From assembly GCA_964492765.1 (NCBI GenBank), contig CAZBLB010000001.1, positions 1,736 through 65,735 on the forward strand: a DNA stretch of 64,000 nucleotides. The letters run 5' to 3'. This document shows positions 8,222 to 18,859 of this stretch, piece by piece. A program made the translations under genes and the position numbers. The notes below the pieces were generated by a model. That model did no database searches, was not told the origin of the DNA, and saw only the letters and a program-made list of their open reading frames with translations. The DNA is from an uncultured Candidatus Saccharibacteria bacterium (GTDB lineage Bacteria; Patescibacteriota; Saccharimonadia; Saccharimonadales; Saccharimonadaceae). Numbering within the stretch: the first letter of the stretch is position 1; each line of letters starts with the position of its first letter.

Positions 8222-9724
8222 ATGACAACATTAGCCGATTATAGAAACGAACGCTTGCGCAAACTTGAAGAAATCAAGTCTTTAGGCATAGACCCCTACC
8301 CTCCAAAGTCCCACCGCACCCATAAAATCGCCGACATCACCGAAAAATACAGCGAGCTAGAAGAAAAAACCGTTTCTATCACCGGCCGTCTCGTCGCCAT
8401 CCGCTCCTTCGGCAAGCTTGCCTTCCTTAAACTCCGCGACCTCTCCGGCGAGGTTCAAGTTTTCATGACCGCCGCCGATTTATCCCCCAACGCTTCCACT
8501 CTTTTCAACACCAAACGCCTCCGCCTCCTCGACACCGGAGATTTTGTCGAAGCCACCGGTCGCGTCGGCAAGTCCTCCACCGGCGAGATTTCCGTTTTCT
8601 GCAACGCCGTCCGCCTTCTTGGAAAGTCTCTCCGTCCGCTCCCCGGCCGCGACGGCTTCACCAACAAAGAAGAACGCTATCGTCGTCGCTATGTTGACAT
8701 GAACGTCAATCCCGAAGTTCGCGACCGTCTCGTCCGTCGCAGTCGCTTCTGGCAAGCCACTCGCGAGTTTATGCTTTCGCACGGTTTTGTCGAGGTCAAC
8801 ATCCCCGTCCTCGAGCACACCACCGGTGGTGCCGACGCTAATCCTTTCATTACCCACATGGACGCCCTCGACGAAGATTTTTACCTCCGCATCTCTCATG
8901 AGCTACCCCTAAAGCGCCTTCTTGGTGGTGGCTTCGAAAAAGTCTTTGACATCGGCCCTCGTTTCCGCAACGAAGGCATCGACGACGAGCACCTCCCCGA
9001 GCACATCGCTTTCGAGGCCTACTCCGCCTACGAAGATTACGAAGATGGCATGACCTTCTACGAAGAAATGATTAAATACGTCGCTAAGAAAACCTGGGGC
9101 ACGCTCAAATTCAACGTCTCCGGCTTCGATATCAATCTCGACCAACCTTGGCCTCGCATAAAATACGCTGACCTCCTCAAAGAAAAATACAACGTCGACG
9201 TCTTTAATCCCGACCGCGAACAGCTTAAATCCATCCTTCGCGAAGATTTTACTCGCTCTGAAGATAGCCACGACCCTGCCGCGAAAAAATCCCTTGAGCA
9301 CACTCTAGAGACCGTTTCAACACCCCACCTCATCGACCACGTCTGGAAACTCATCCGCAAAACCTCTGCCGGCCCGTTCTGGCTCGTCGAAGAGCCTCTC
9401 GAGCTTTCGCCTCTCGCCAAAGTCAGTCCCGAAAACCCCAAAGTCACCCAACGTTTTCACCCGATTATCGCCGGTACCGAAATGGGCAACGGTTTCTCTG
9501 AGCTTAACGACCCTCTCGACCAGCTCGCTCGTTTCAAAGAGCAACAAGCCGCTCGCGACGCTGGCGACTCTGAGGCTCAAATGCTCGACATGGACTTTGT
9601 CGAAATGCTCGAATACGGCATGCCTCCCGCCTGTGGCTGGGGCAACAGCGAACGCAACTTCTGGCTTCTCGAAGGCGTCTCCGGCCGCGAGGCCGTCCCC
9701 TTCCCGATAATAAAACAAAGATAG
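8222..9724 (+). CDS. lysS: lysyl-tRNA synthetase (class II)
   Basis: RSFGKLAF, RYRRRYVDM, GGADANPF, YLRISHELPLKRL, FRNEG, GNGFSELNDPLDQ, EYGMPPACG. Confidence 0.99.
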   Translation: MTTLADYRNERLRKLEEIKSLGIDPYPPKSHRTHKIADITEKYSELEEKTVSITGRLVAIRSFGKLAFLKLRDLSGEVQVFMTAADLSPNASTLFNTKRLRLLDTGDFVEATGRVGKSSTGEISVFCNAVRLLGKSLRPLPGRDGFTNKEERYRRRYVDMNVNPEVRDRLVRRSRFWQATREFMLSHGFVEVNIPVLEHTTGGADANPFITHMDALDEDFYLRISHELPLKRLLGGGFEKVFDIGPRFRNEGIDDEHLPEHIAFEAYSAYEDYEDGMTFYEEMIKYVAKKTWGTLKFNVSGFDINLDQPWPRIKYADLLKEKYNVDVFNPDREQLKSILREDFTRSEDSHDPAAKKSLEHTLETVSTPHLIDHVWKLIRKTSAGPFWLVEEPLELSPLAKVSPENPKVTQRFHPIIAGTEMGNGFSELNDPLDQLARFKEQQAARDAGDSEAQMLDMDFVEMLEYGMPPACGWGNSERNFWLLEGVSGREAVPFPIIKQR

Positions 9725-9744
9725 CTCCACTCAGATAGTCAAAG

Positions 9745-10046
9745 AAAGAGCAAAAATAGCTTTTAGGATTATAAAGAATTTTTACAATGAACTATTTTTA
9801 ACCACTCGGTTTGTTTTTGATTTTTATGGCGTCTAAAGAAATACTCACCGAGATAGTCGAAAAAATCCACGGATGAGCGAAATCGATGGCCGGTGTTTCC
9901 CGAAGCGCATTTCGCGAATCCGACTGGAGTTTTGAGACTATCCCGGATGAGTGTTTCCCAAGCCAGAAAAATGCAAAAACAAACCAGATGGCCAAAAATA
10001 ATTCTTGCCTAAAAATTCCCAATCCTAAAAACTATTTTTGCTCTTT
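9745..10046. repeat. 302-nt rod-like imperfect palindrome (element A)
   Basis: 9745-9770 pairs with 10021-10046 (25/26); successive arms pair inward to a tip near 9886-9905; core shared with 21287-21458. Confidence 0.88.
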
Positions 10047-10079
10047 TTCGCACAATACGCTTATGCTATAATATTATAT

Positions 10080-10997
10080 ATGTCTAACAAAGTCATGGTT
10101 ATCGGCACAGGCAACGTCGGCGCTTCCATTGCCTTTTCTCTTATAAACCAACGCACCGCCGTCAACGAACTCGTCCTCGTCGATATTAACGTCGATGACG
10201 CCGAAGGCGAAGCTATGGATCTTCGCGACGCTCTCGCTGTCGCCCCTAGCTACCTTAAAATAAAATCCGGCTCATATAAAGACGCGCGCAGTTGCGATAT
10301 TATTATCATCACCGCCGGCGCCAACCAAAAACCCGGCGAAACTCGCCTTGACTTACTCAAGAAAAACTCCTCTATCTTCCGCCCCATGGTCAAAGAAATC
10401 ATGGCCTGTGGTTTTCGCGGCATCTTTCTCGTCATCACTAACCCCATGGACGTCATGACTTATCTCACCTGGAAATATTCCGGCCTCCCCTCCGACCACG
10501 TCATCGGCAGCGGCACCGTCCTCGACTCTGCTCGTCTCCGCCTCAAGATTTCCGAAAAACTTTCTATCCACCCAAAGTCCATCCACGCCTACCAAATTGC
10601 CGAACACGGCGACACCGAGTTTGCTCTCTGGTCTTCCGCCGACGTCGCCGGCCAGCCTTTAACCACTCTGCTCTCCGAAATCTCCCTCATGGAGATAGAA
10701 GATTTTGCCCGCAACGAGGCCTACGAAATCATCGCCAAAAAAGGCGCCACTCACTATGGCATCGGCGTCTGCACCACCCACATCATCCACTCCATCTTAA
10801 ACGACGAACGTCGCGTCATGCCTATCTCCTCCTACGACGACATTAATGATGTCTATACCGGTTTCCCGACCGTCCTCGGTCGTCGTGGTGCCATCAAACG
10901 CCTCGATATTAAAATGTCCGAGTCCGAAGCCATAAAATACCAAAAGTCCGTCAACACCCTAAAAAGCGCCATCAAATCTCTCCACGTCCGCGCCTAG
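10080..10997 (+). CDS. ldh: L-lactate dehydrogenase
   Basis: GTGNVG Rossmann motif, TAGANQKPGETRLDL (Gln at the specificity position), DSAR, EHGD, KKGATHYGIG; ATG 10080 lies 7 nt after TATAAT. Confidence 0.95.
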   Translation: MSNKVMVIGTGNVGASIAFSLINQRTAVNELVLVDINVDDAEGEAMDLRDALAVAPSYLKIKSGSYKDARSCDIIIITAGANQKPGETRLDLLKKNSSIFRPMVKEIMACGFRGIFLVITNPMDVMTYLTWKYSGLPSDHVIGSGTVLDSARLRLKISEKLSIHPKSIHAYQIAEHGDTEFALWSSADVAGQPLTTLLSEISLMEIEDFARNEAYEIIAKKGATHYGIGVCTTHIIHSILNDERRVMPISSYDDINDVYTGFPTVLGRRGAIKRLDIKMSESEAIKYQKSVNTLKSAIKSLHVRA

Positions 10998-11006
10998 CCC
11001 TGACAG

Positions 11007-11040
<34 letters not shown>

Positions 11041-11077
11041 CCTAGTTTTTGACCCATAAAAATGCTATACTAAAATC

Positions 11078-12988
11078 ATGAAAAAGCTCTCGTCTTTCTT
11101 GCTTTTATTAACTTTATTCAGCCTCGTTTTCTCTCATGACTCCGCTCTTGCAAGCGCCAACGATTTTTATTTTTCCTCCGCCACGTTTGACTATTATCTA
11201 GAAAAAACCGCCGACAGCTCCTCGTCCATGTCCGTCAAAGAAACTCTAACTGCCGTCTTTCCAGGCTTTGACCAAAACCACGGCATCGAACGTTGTATCC
11301 CGACCAAATATCGCGAGGTCAAGTCTCTCGACGAAAGCTCTGTCTCCGTCCTCCGTAATGGCGTCGCCGAGCCTTTCACTTCTTCCCTTAACGAAAAGGG
11401 CGAAATCTGCCTCCGCATCGGCAGCGCAAGCACCTATGTCCACGAAACCCAGGTTTACGAAATCTCCTACGCCCTAGAAAATGTCATCCTCCTTCCCGAC
11501 GACTCCACAAACCAAGAACTCTACTGGGATACTAACGGCACCGGCTGGGAACAAACGTTCGAACAAATCACCGCAAACGTCCACCTCCCACCCTCTTTAT
11601 CGTCCGCATACCTCGATAGCCCTTCTTGTTATGTCGGCTATTACGGCACCAGCGGTATCAGCGCCACTTCTCGCTGCAAAATCTCTAGCACCAATACCTC
11701 AGACCCGTCAGAGAATACCGAGAATGGCTCAGTTTCAGAAAAGCTCATCACCTTTACCGCCACAAACGTCCGCCCCGGAGAAACTTTGACTTTCGATTTA
11801 GAGTTCTCCCCCGACACTTTCTATGTTAAAACTCCTGACTATACCGTACGAAACATTTTTTACACCCTTTTTGGAATAGTCGGCGTCTTGCCAGTTATCT
11901 TTGGTGTCGTTCAAGTTAAAAAATCTTTTAACGAGGTCAAAGAAAAGCGCGCCATCGCCAAAGAAAAAATCGTTCCTGTCCAATACACCCCGCCTAAAGA
12001 CCTCACCGTCGGCGAGTCCGCCGAACTTTCATTAAACGTCATAGAGCCTTCCGAGGTCGCCACCCTGCTCGAGCTTGCCGTCCGCCACCACATTTCTCTC
12101 GAGCGCGGAGAAAAGAAAACTTTTGGCGGCTATAAGTGGAAAATCCATGTCCTAGACATAGAAAAAATCTCCAGGGCCGAAGAGGACATCCTTAAAATCC
12201 TTAACGGCGGAGATTCCGTCAAAAACGGCGACGTTATAGAAGTCAAACGTCGCTCCGCCACTTCTCGCATGATTCATCTCGGAAACGATTACCGCGAAGA
12301 AAACAAAACTACGCTCGCCTTGAAAGCCATGTTCGAGCCAACCAAAGACAGAAACGGACTTAAAAGCGTCAAAACCTCTCTAAGTCTTATTATAGTGGCT
12401 TTCTTCATTATGATAGCTTTGTTTGTCGCCAGCGATTTTATCCCCGAACTTTTCCGCTCCGTCGACGGTATCGAAACCGTCTTTAATGTCATCCCGTTCG
12501 TCTTTTTCTTTAACATCTTCGGTCTCATCATTATTTTAAGCATCGAAGGCTCACTTAAACAATATCGCGACCGCACTATTTTAGGTCTTCAAACCTCCAA
12601 ATATCTTGACGGACTAAAAACTTATATGGCCATGAGCGAAAAAGAACGGCTTGCTTTCCTGCAAAGTGTTTCCGGAGCCGACACATCTAGCGCCGGTATC
12701 GTTAAACTTTACGAAAAACTCCTCCCCTACGCCGTCATCTTCCGCCTCGAAGATTCTTGGCTCAAAGAGCTTAATCACTATTACGAAACCGAGTCCGTCG
12801 ACAGGCCAAACTGGTTGGTCGGCGCGGCCATCATCAACAGCTCCGATTTTCGCACCTTTAAGACCTATACCGCTTCCGCCATCAGTCAAAGTACCTCGGC
12901 TTCGTCCAGTTCCTCCGGCAGTTCCGGTGGTGGAGGTGGCGGATTCTCCGGCGGCGGTGGAGGTGGCGGCGGAGGTGGCGGCTGGTAA
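11078..12988 (+). CDS. DUF2207 family membrane protein
   Basis: Signal peptide, HGIERCIP, ELYWDTNGTGW, two TM regions, YEKLLPYAVIF, terminal SSGGGGGGFSGGGGGGGGGGGW. Confidence 0.9.
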   Translation: MKKLSSFLLLLTLFSLVFSHDSALASANDFYFSSATFDYYLEKTADSSSSMSVKETLTAVFPGFDQNHGIERCIPTKYREVKSLDESSVSVLRNGVAEPFTSSLNEKGEICLRIGSASTYVHETQVYEISYALENVILLPDDSTNQELYWDTNGTGWEQTFEQITANVHLPPSLSSAYLDSPSCYVGYYGTSGISATSRCKISSTNTSDPSENTENGSVSEKLITFTATNVRPGETLTFDLEFSPDTFYVKTPDYTVRNIFYTLFGIVGVLPVIFGVVQVKKSFNEVKEKRAIAKEKIVPVQYTPPKDLTVGESAELSLNVIEPSEVATLLELAVRHHISLERGEKKTFGGYKWKIHVLDIEKISRAEEDILKILNGGDSVKNGDVIEVKRRSATSRMIHLGNDYREENKTTLALKAMFEPTKDRNGLKSVKTSLSLIIVAFFIMIALFVASDFIPELFRSVDGIETVFNVIPFVFFFNIFGLIIILSIEGSLKQYRDRTILGLQTSKYLDGLKTYMAMSEKERLAFLQSVSGADTSSAGIVKLYEKLLPYAVIFRLEDSWLKELNHYYETESVDRPNWLVGAAIINSSDFRTFKTYTASAISQSTSASSSSSGSSGGGGGGFSGGGGGGGGGGGW

Positions 12989-13036
12989 TCGCCCCTAGCC
13001 CTAGAAAAGTTCTATAAAATATGAGATAATATCACC

Positions 13037-14287
13037 ATGTTAGACATCAACTTCATCCGAGAAAATCAATCGGCCGTCGAGCGCGCCGTCCGCGAAAAAC
13101 GCTACAAAATCTCTATTAAAGACCTTCTCTCCGTCGACGATTCTCGTCGTGAACTCTTAAAAAACGTCGAGTCTCTCCGACAAAAAAAGAACGAAATTGC
13201 CACCCAAATAAAAACCACCAAGAAAAAGCCTGACGCTTCGCTCATCGAGGCCGGGAAAAAGGTCAAAGAAGAACTCTTTGTCCTAGAAAAATCTCTCAGC
13301 GAAAAAGAAGCCGAGCTTAAAACCGCTCTCAAATCCGTTCCTAACGTTATCTTTGACGACGTTCCGCTTGGCGGGGAAGAATGTTCCGTCGAAATTAAAT
13401 CTTGGGGCGAAAAAAAGTCCTCTGGCGTCGACCATCTCGACTACGCTACTTCTCGCGACTGGGTTGACTTTGACCGTGGCGCCAAAGTCGCCGGCAGCAA
13501 GTTTTATTATCTAAAAGGCGATCTTGCCCTCCTAGAAAACGCTCTTATCCAATACGGTCTCAAAAAAGTCACCGAAGCCGGCTTTACTTTCATGACCGTC
13601 CCCGACCTCGTCTCCTCCAAAGTTCTCGAAGGTTGCGGGTTTAATCCACGCACCTCCGACCAGTCCGACGAATATTTTGTCGAAGGCGAAGACCTTGCGC
13701 TCATCGCCACCGCCGAAATGCCTCTCACCGGTTATCACATGGACGAAATCCTCGAAGAAAAAGACCTTCCACTTCTCTATGCCGGCCTTTCCGCCTGCTT
13801 CCGCAAAGAAGCTGGCACCTACGGCAAGCACACTCGCGGTCTTTTCCGTGTTCACCAGTTTAACAAACTCGAGATGTACGCCTTCTGCCTCCCCGAACAG
13901 TCCAAGGACCTCCACGAAAAAATCCTTTCCGTCGAAGAAGACATCTGGCAAACCTTAGGTATTCCTTATCGAATTATCAACATCGCCGCTGGCGACCTCG
14001 GCGCTCCTGCCGCCAAAAAATACGACATCGAATATTGGTCTCCTGCTGACCAAACTTATCGCGAGCTTACTTCTTGCTCCAACTGTACCGATTTCCAAGC
14101 TCGTTCGCTCAACATCCGTGTCCGCAAGAAAAACGGCGAACTTGTTGTCGCCCACACCTTAAATGGCACCGCTATCTCTCTTGCTCGCACCATGGTTGCC
14201 GTCATCGAAAATTACGCTCAAAAAGACGGCAAACTCATTATCCCCGAAGTTCTTCGACCCTATCTAAACAACAAGAAGGAGCTATAA
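13037..14287 (+). CDS. serS: seryl-tRNA synthetase
   Basis: MLDINFIREN, LIATAEMPL, CFRKEAG, RGLFRVHQF, SCSNCTDFQAR, HTLNGT. Confidence 0.99.
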   Translation: MLDINFIRENQSAVERAVREKRYKISIKDLLSVDDSRRELLKNVESLRQKKNEIATQIKTTKKKPDASLIEAGKKVKEELFVLEKSLSEKEAELKTALKSVPNVIFDDVPLGGEECSVEIKSWGEKKSSGVDHLDYATSRDWVDFDRGAKVAGSKFYYLKGDLALLENALIQYGLKKVTEAGFTFMTVPDLVSSKVLEGCGFNPRTSDQSDEYFVEGEDLALIATAEMPLTGYHMDEILEEKDLPLLYAGLSACFRKEAGTYGKHTRGLFRVHQFNKLEMYAFCLPEQSKDLHEKILSVEEDIWQTLGIPYRIINIAAGDLGAPAAKKYDIEYWSPADQTYRELTSCSNCTDFQARSLNIRVRKKNGELVVAHTLNGTAISLARTMVAVIENYAQKDGKLIIPEVLRPYLNNKKEL

Positions 14288-14288
14288 A

Positions 14289-14654
14289 ATGATAAACAAA
14301 ATCGACATCAGCGGCAGCAACTACAAAATCGAAGACCACCTCAAAAAATACACCACCAAAAAAATCGGCAAGCTCGACCGCTATCTCCCCCGTGGCAACA
14401 AAAAAGACGTCGTCGCTAAAGTTGTCATCACCGAGTCCAACAAAGACAAAGGCAATCGTTTTGAAATTTCCGCCGCCATGGAAATCCCTGGCGGAAAAGT
14501 TCTCTCCGCCAAAGACGACTGCTCTAACCTCTACGCCGGCATCGACATCGTCGAGGCCAAGCTCGCCGGCCAAATCCGTCGCTTTAAGCTCGAACAAACC
14601 CCCCATCTTAAAAAAGAAAAACGCGGCCTCCGCGGTTTGTTTCACAAAAAATAA
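14289..14654 (+). CDS. hpf: ribosome hibernation factor HPF/RaiA
   Basis: KYTTKKIGKLDRYL, NLYAGIDIVEAKLAGQIRRFK; upstream of secA as in Firmicutes. Confidence 0.88.
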   Translation: MINKIDISGSNYKIEDHLKKYTTKKIGKLDRYLPRGNKKDVVAKVVITESNKDKGNRFEISAAMEIPGGKVLSAKDDCSNLYAGIDIVEAKLAGQIRRFKLEQTPHLKKEKRGLRGLFHKK

Positions 14655-14710
14655 TGTGCTACACTAATACTACCTTAATTTAAGATAACGCCGTTTGGAG
14701 AATCGCCTGC

Positions 14711-17542
14711 ATGTCTAAAGAAAAAACTACCGCAAAAAAGTTTCCTAAGCCAAAAACCGGAAAAAAGCCCAGGAAAGAAAAAAAGCCGACCGACAAATTG
14801 GCTGATAAAACCGCTCTAGAAAAGTTCCTCCAGAGCATTTTTGGCGATGCTCAGAAAAAGACTCTTCGCCGTCTCTATAAAAAGGTTCAAGAAATCAACG
14901 CTCTTGAGCCAAAATACGAAAAAATGTCCGACGAAGAACTCGCCGACCAAACCAGCATTTTAAAGGCCAAACTCGACAAGCTCCTCAAAAAATCCGAGGC
15001 CGATTCCGCCAAAGAAAAACTCGCCAAAGACTCTAAAAAGTCCAAGAAAAAATCTAGAACCACTCCAAACGAAGCTTACGAACGCGCCCTTGCCGTCATT
15101 CTCCCCGACACTTTCGCTCTTTGTCGCGAAGCCACTCGTCGCGTCCTCGGCATGCGTCCTTACGATGTCCAGCTCATCGGCGGTATCGCTCTCCACGAAG
15201 GCAACGTCGCCGAAATGAAAACTGGCGAAGGAAAAACCCTCGTCGCCCTCCTCCCCGCCGTTCTAAACGGTCTCTCTGGTCGCGGCGTCCATGTCGTCAC
15301 CGTCAACGATTATCTCGCGCAACGTGATGCCGGCTGGAACGGCCCTGTCTATGATTTTCTCGGTCTCTCCGTCGGCGTCATCATCAACAACGCTTCTTAT
15401 CTTTACGACAAAAACTACTCCAACGAAGACCACGAAGACGAGCGTTTCCGTCATCTTCGCCCCGCCACCAGAAAAGAGGCCTACGCCGCCGACATCACTT
15501 ACGGCACTAACAACGAGTTTGGCTTCGACTATCTCCGCGACAACATGACCAGCGAGGTTAAATACCTCCGCCAACGCGAACTAAACTATGCCATCGTCGA
15601 CGAAGTCGACTCTATCCTTATCGACGAAGCTCGCACTCCGCTCATTATCTCCGCCCCTGCCGGCGACAACCCCGAGTCCTACTATCAGTTCGCTAAAATC
15701 GCCTCCCGTCTCACCCCCGAAGATTACGTCCACGACGAAAAGCGTCGCTCCGTCACCCTCACCGACAAGGGCGTCGAAAAAGTCGAGTCTCTCCTCGGCA
15801 TCACCGACCTCTATTCCACCAAACACACCCGCCTCGTCTATCACATGGACCAAGCTCTCCGTGCCGAAGTTGTCTTTAAGCGTGACAAAGATTACGTCGT
15901 TACCAATTCTGGCGAAGTCATCATCGTCGACGAGCACACTGGCCGTCTCATGCAAGGTCGCCGCTATAACGAAGGTCTCCACCAAGCTATCGAGGCCAAA
16001 GAAGGTGTCGCCGTCAAACAAGAATCTACCACTCTTGCAACCATCTCTTTCCAAAACTTCTTCCGCCTTTACAATAAACTCTCTGGCATGACCGGCACCG
16101 CCTTCACCGAAGCCGAAGAGTTCCAACAAATCTACGCCCTCGACGTCATCCAAATTCCGCCTAACCGCCCCATCGCTCGCATCGACAAAGACGACCTCAT
16201 CTTCCGCACCAAAGCCGGCAAACTCCGCGCTATCGCTGACGAAATCGAAAAATACCACGCCAAGGGTCAGCCCGTCCTCGTCGGCTCCGACTCTATCGCT
16301 AACAACGAAGAAATCGCCCGCTACCTAGACGCCCGCAATATCTCCTACGAAATCCTAAACGCCAAAAACAACGAACGCGAAGCCGCTATTATCGAAAAAG
16401 CCGGCGAAAAAGGCGCTATTACTCTTGCTACTAACATGGCTGGTCGTGGCACCGACATTAAACTCGGCCCTGGCGTCAAAGAGCTCGGCGGTCTCGTCGT
16501 CATCGGCTCCGCCCGTCACGATTCTCGCCGTGTCGACAACCAGCTCCGCGGCCGCGGCGGTCGTCAAGGCGACCCCGGCACCACCCAATTCTTTGTTTCT
16601 TGCGAAGATGACCTCATGCGTATCTTCCAAGGCGAACGCGTCGCTATGCTTATGTCTCGCCTCGGAGTTGACGAAAACACTCCTATCCAAACCAAAGCCA
16701 TCTCCAAAACTCTTGAATCCGCCCAGAAAAAAATCGAAGGCTTTAACTTTGACTCCCGCAAAAACGTCGTCCAATACGACAACGTCATCAACCGCCACCG
16801 CAAAGTCGTCTATGCTATGCGTCGCAAGATTCTCGAAGGCGCCAACATCCGCCCCGAAATCATGAACCTCATCAAAGAAGAAACCGATTTTCTCACCATC
16901 TTTAGCTCTCGCGTCAACAAAAACTTCAAGTCCGAATTTCTCGCCGTCTTCAAACTAGACGAAGATCTCATCGACGAAATCGGTCGCATGCGCAAAGAAA
17001 AAGAACGCGCCCGCCTCGCTCGTATCGCTGTCGAAGAAGCCTATTCCATGAAAGAACTCGAAGTTGGCGCCGAAGTCATGCGCAAAATCGAACGCGAGGT
17101 TTATCTCCGTGTTCTCGACGTCCTCTGGATGCAGCATCTCGAAAACATGCAACATCTTCGCGAAGGCATCCACTGGCGTTCCGTCGGCCAACGCGACCCG
17201 CTGGTCGAATATCGCTCCGAGTCCCAAAAACTCTTTGACAACTTAAAACGCAACCTCCGCGAAGAAGTCCTCCGCGTCCTCCTAAACATCACCAAAGAAG
17301 AAACCGCCTCCGAAAGCACCGTCTCCGACGAAGAATATGACTCCGAACTGACCAAGATGGCAGAAACCGCCACCGAAAAAGGTGTCAACGAAATTTCCGC
17401 CGGCGACAAAAACCTTGACTCCGAGTTTAAAAAAGACGGCGACAAATCTCTCTCCAAAGGTTCCAACATCAGCCGCAACACTCTCCGCAACAAAAACAAG
17501 AAAAAACGTAAAAAACAGCGCCAAAACAAACGCAAAAAATAA
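14711..17542 (+). CDS. secA: preprotein translocase ATPase SecA
   Basis: EMKTGEGKTL, VVTVNDYLA, DEVDSILIDEARTPLIIS, ATNMAGRGTDI, RRVDNQLRGRGGRQGDPG; no C-terminal SEC-C motif, basic tail instead. Confidence 0.99.
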   Translation: MSKEKTTAKKFPKPKTGKKPRKEKKPTDKLADKTALEKFLQSIFGDAQKKTLRRLYKKVQEINALEPKYEKMSDEELADQTSILKAKLDKLLKKSEADSAKEKLAKDSKKSKKKSRTTPNEAYERALAVILPDTFALCREATRRVLGMRPYDVQLIGGIALHEGNVAEMKTGEGKTLVALLPAVLNGLSGRGVHVVTVNDYLAQRDAGWNGPVYDFLGLSVGVIINNASYLYDKNYSNEDHEDERFRHLRPATRKEAYAADITYGTNNEFGFDYLRDNMTSEVKYLRQRELNYAIVDEVDSILIDEARTPLIISAPAGDNPESYYQFAKIASRLTPEDYVHDEKRRSVTLTDKGVEKVESLLGITDLYSTKHTRLVYHMDQALRAEVVFKRDKDYVVTNSGEVIIVDEHTGRLMQGRRYNEGLHQAIEAKEGVAVKQESTTLATISFQNFFRLYNKLSGMTGTAFTEAEEFQQIYALDVIQIPPNRPIARIDKDDLIFRTKAGKLRAIADEIEKYHAKGQPVLVGSDSIANNEEIARYLDARNISYEILNAKNNEREAAIIEKAGEKGAITLATNMAGRGTDIKLGPGVKELGGLVVIGSARHDSRRVDNQLRGRGGRQGDPGTTQFFVSCEDDLMRIFQGERVAMLMSRLGVDENTPIQTKAISKTLESAQKKIEGFNFDSRKNVVQYDNVINRHRKVVYAMRRKILEGANIRPEIMNLIKEETDFLTIFSSRVNKNFKSEFLAVFKLDEDLIDEIGRMRKEKERARLARIAVEEAYSMKELEVGAEVMRKIEREVYLRVLDVLWMQHLENMQHLREGIHWRSVGQRDPLVEYRSESQKLFDNLKRNLREEVLRVLLNITKEETASESTVSDEEYDSELTKMAETATEKGVNEISAGDKNLDSEFKKDGDKSLSKGSNISRNTLRNKNKKKRKKQRQNKRKK

Positions 17543-17545
17543 CCA

Positions 17546-18820
17546 GTGAAACATTCTGTCGAAGAAATCACCCTCAAAAATGGCGCCAAGGGACTGCTTA
17601 TTAACGTTCCTGGCGCCAGCGTTATGTCGACTCGCGTCCAATTTCGCGGCGGTCTGCGCTATTGCAAAAAACCCGAGCTTTACGAAATCGCCCACGTTGT
17701 CGAACATCTTTCTTTCGGCGCCAATTCAAAATACAAAAACGAAAGCGACTACGAATCCGAATTTACCAAAAACGGTGCCTATCACAACGCCTGGACTTCC
17801 GACCTCTCTATTTGCTACGAAACCGAATGTGCCGACTTTGAATGGGACCGTATTCTCGACCTTAAACGTCTCGCCCTCTGCGAACCACGTTTTAATGACC
17901 TCGAGCTTAAAAGCGAAAAAGGCAACGTTAAGTCTGAGCTTACTGGCTATACTAACGACTACAACCGCCTCCTCTGGCCTCGTCTCCAACGTTCTATCGG
18001 CGAAGCCGTAGAAGACCTCCCAACCCGCATCAAAACCCTCCCAAACATCACCCTAAAAGACATTCGCGAGCATTATCGCCGCACCCATACCTCCAAAAAC
18101 ATGCGCTTCGTTATTGCTGGCAATATCGGTTTTTCCCGCCGTCGAAAAATTATCAAAATGCTCAACTCTTGGAACTTAAAAGAAGGCGAACGCCTCGAAG
18201 TTCCTCTCGACTCGCTTCATTCCTCCGACCCTGTCCTCATCCGTCGTAAAGACGCCAGCAACATCACCTTCGGTTTTTCTTTCGTCACTCCTCGCCGCCT
18301 CGACTCCGCCTGCACTATCGCCCTCTTCTGTCTTAATCACATCCTCACCGGCACCATGTCCTCCAAAATCCTCGGCGAGGCTCGCCGGCGTGGACTTCTT
18401 TACAGCATGGGAAGCTCTCTTAATCTCGACGAGTCTAAAGCCTCCTGGGATTTTGACGGCGAAGTCGAAATCGAAAACGCCGAAGAGCTTTTTCTTCTCA
18501 TTCGCCACGAAATCGCCAAAGTTTTAAACGGCGAAATCAGCGAGTCTGACCTCTCCGCCGCAAAAAGCTATACTCTGGGGCGTTTCCAAATGTCTGCCCA
18601 AACTGTCTCCCAAATCGCCGACGTCTATGCTGAAGGTTATTTCAAATCCGACGAAATCGAAGATTACGCCGAAATCCCCGACATCGTCCGCACCGTCGAT
18701 AAAACCGAAATCGTCGAGCTCGCTCGCGAGCTCATCGGCTCCAGCATCAACGCTCTCGTCGCTGTCAGCTCTTGCGACAAATCTCTCATCACTTCTCTTG
18801 CCGACCACCTAAAGTTCTAG
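17546..18820 (+). CDS. M16 (insulinase-like) zinc peptidase
   Basis: Inverted zinc motif HVVEH, NAWTS, EKGNVKSE; GTG start. Confidence 0.9.
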   Translation: MKHSVEEITLKNGAKGLLINVPGASVMSTRVQFRGGLRYCKKPELYEIAHVVEHLSFGANSKYKNESDYESEFTKNGAYHNAWTSDLSICYETECADFEWDRILDLKRLALCEPRFNDLELKSEKGNVKSELTGYTNDYNRLLWPRLQRSIGEAVEDLPTRIKTLPNITLKDIREHYRRTHTSKNMRFVIAGNIGFSRRRKIIKMLNSWNLKEGERLEVPLDSLHSSDPVLIRRKDASNITFGFSFVTPRRLDSACTIALFCLNHILTGTMSSKILGEARRRGLLYSMGSSLNLDESKASWDFDGEVEIENAEELFLLIRHEIAKVLNGEISESDLSAAKSYTLGRFQMSAQTVSQIADVYAEGYFKSDEIEDYAEIPDIVRTVDKTEIVELARELIGSSINALVAVSSCDKSLITSLADHLKF

Positions 18821-18859
18821 CTCGCCAACTTTTTCTCTACTTTATGCTATAATTTTTTC

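Noticed and set aside
9798-10071. Small ORFs 9798-10022(-) and 9886-10071(+) inside element A
   Set aside because: No RBS or recognisable product; they lie across a palindrome and the ldh promoter
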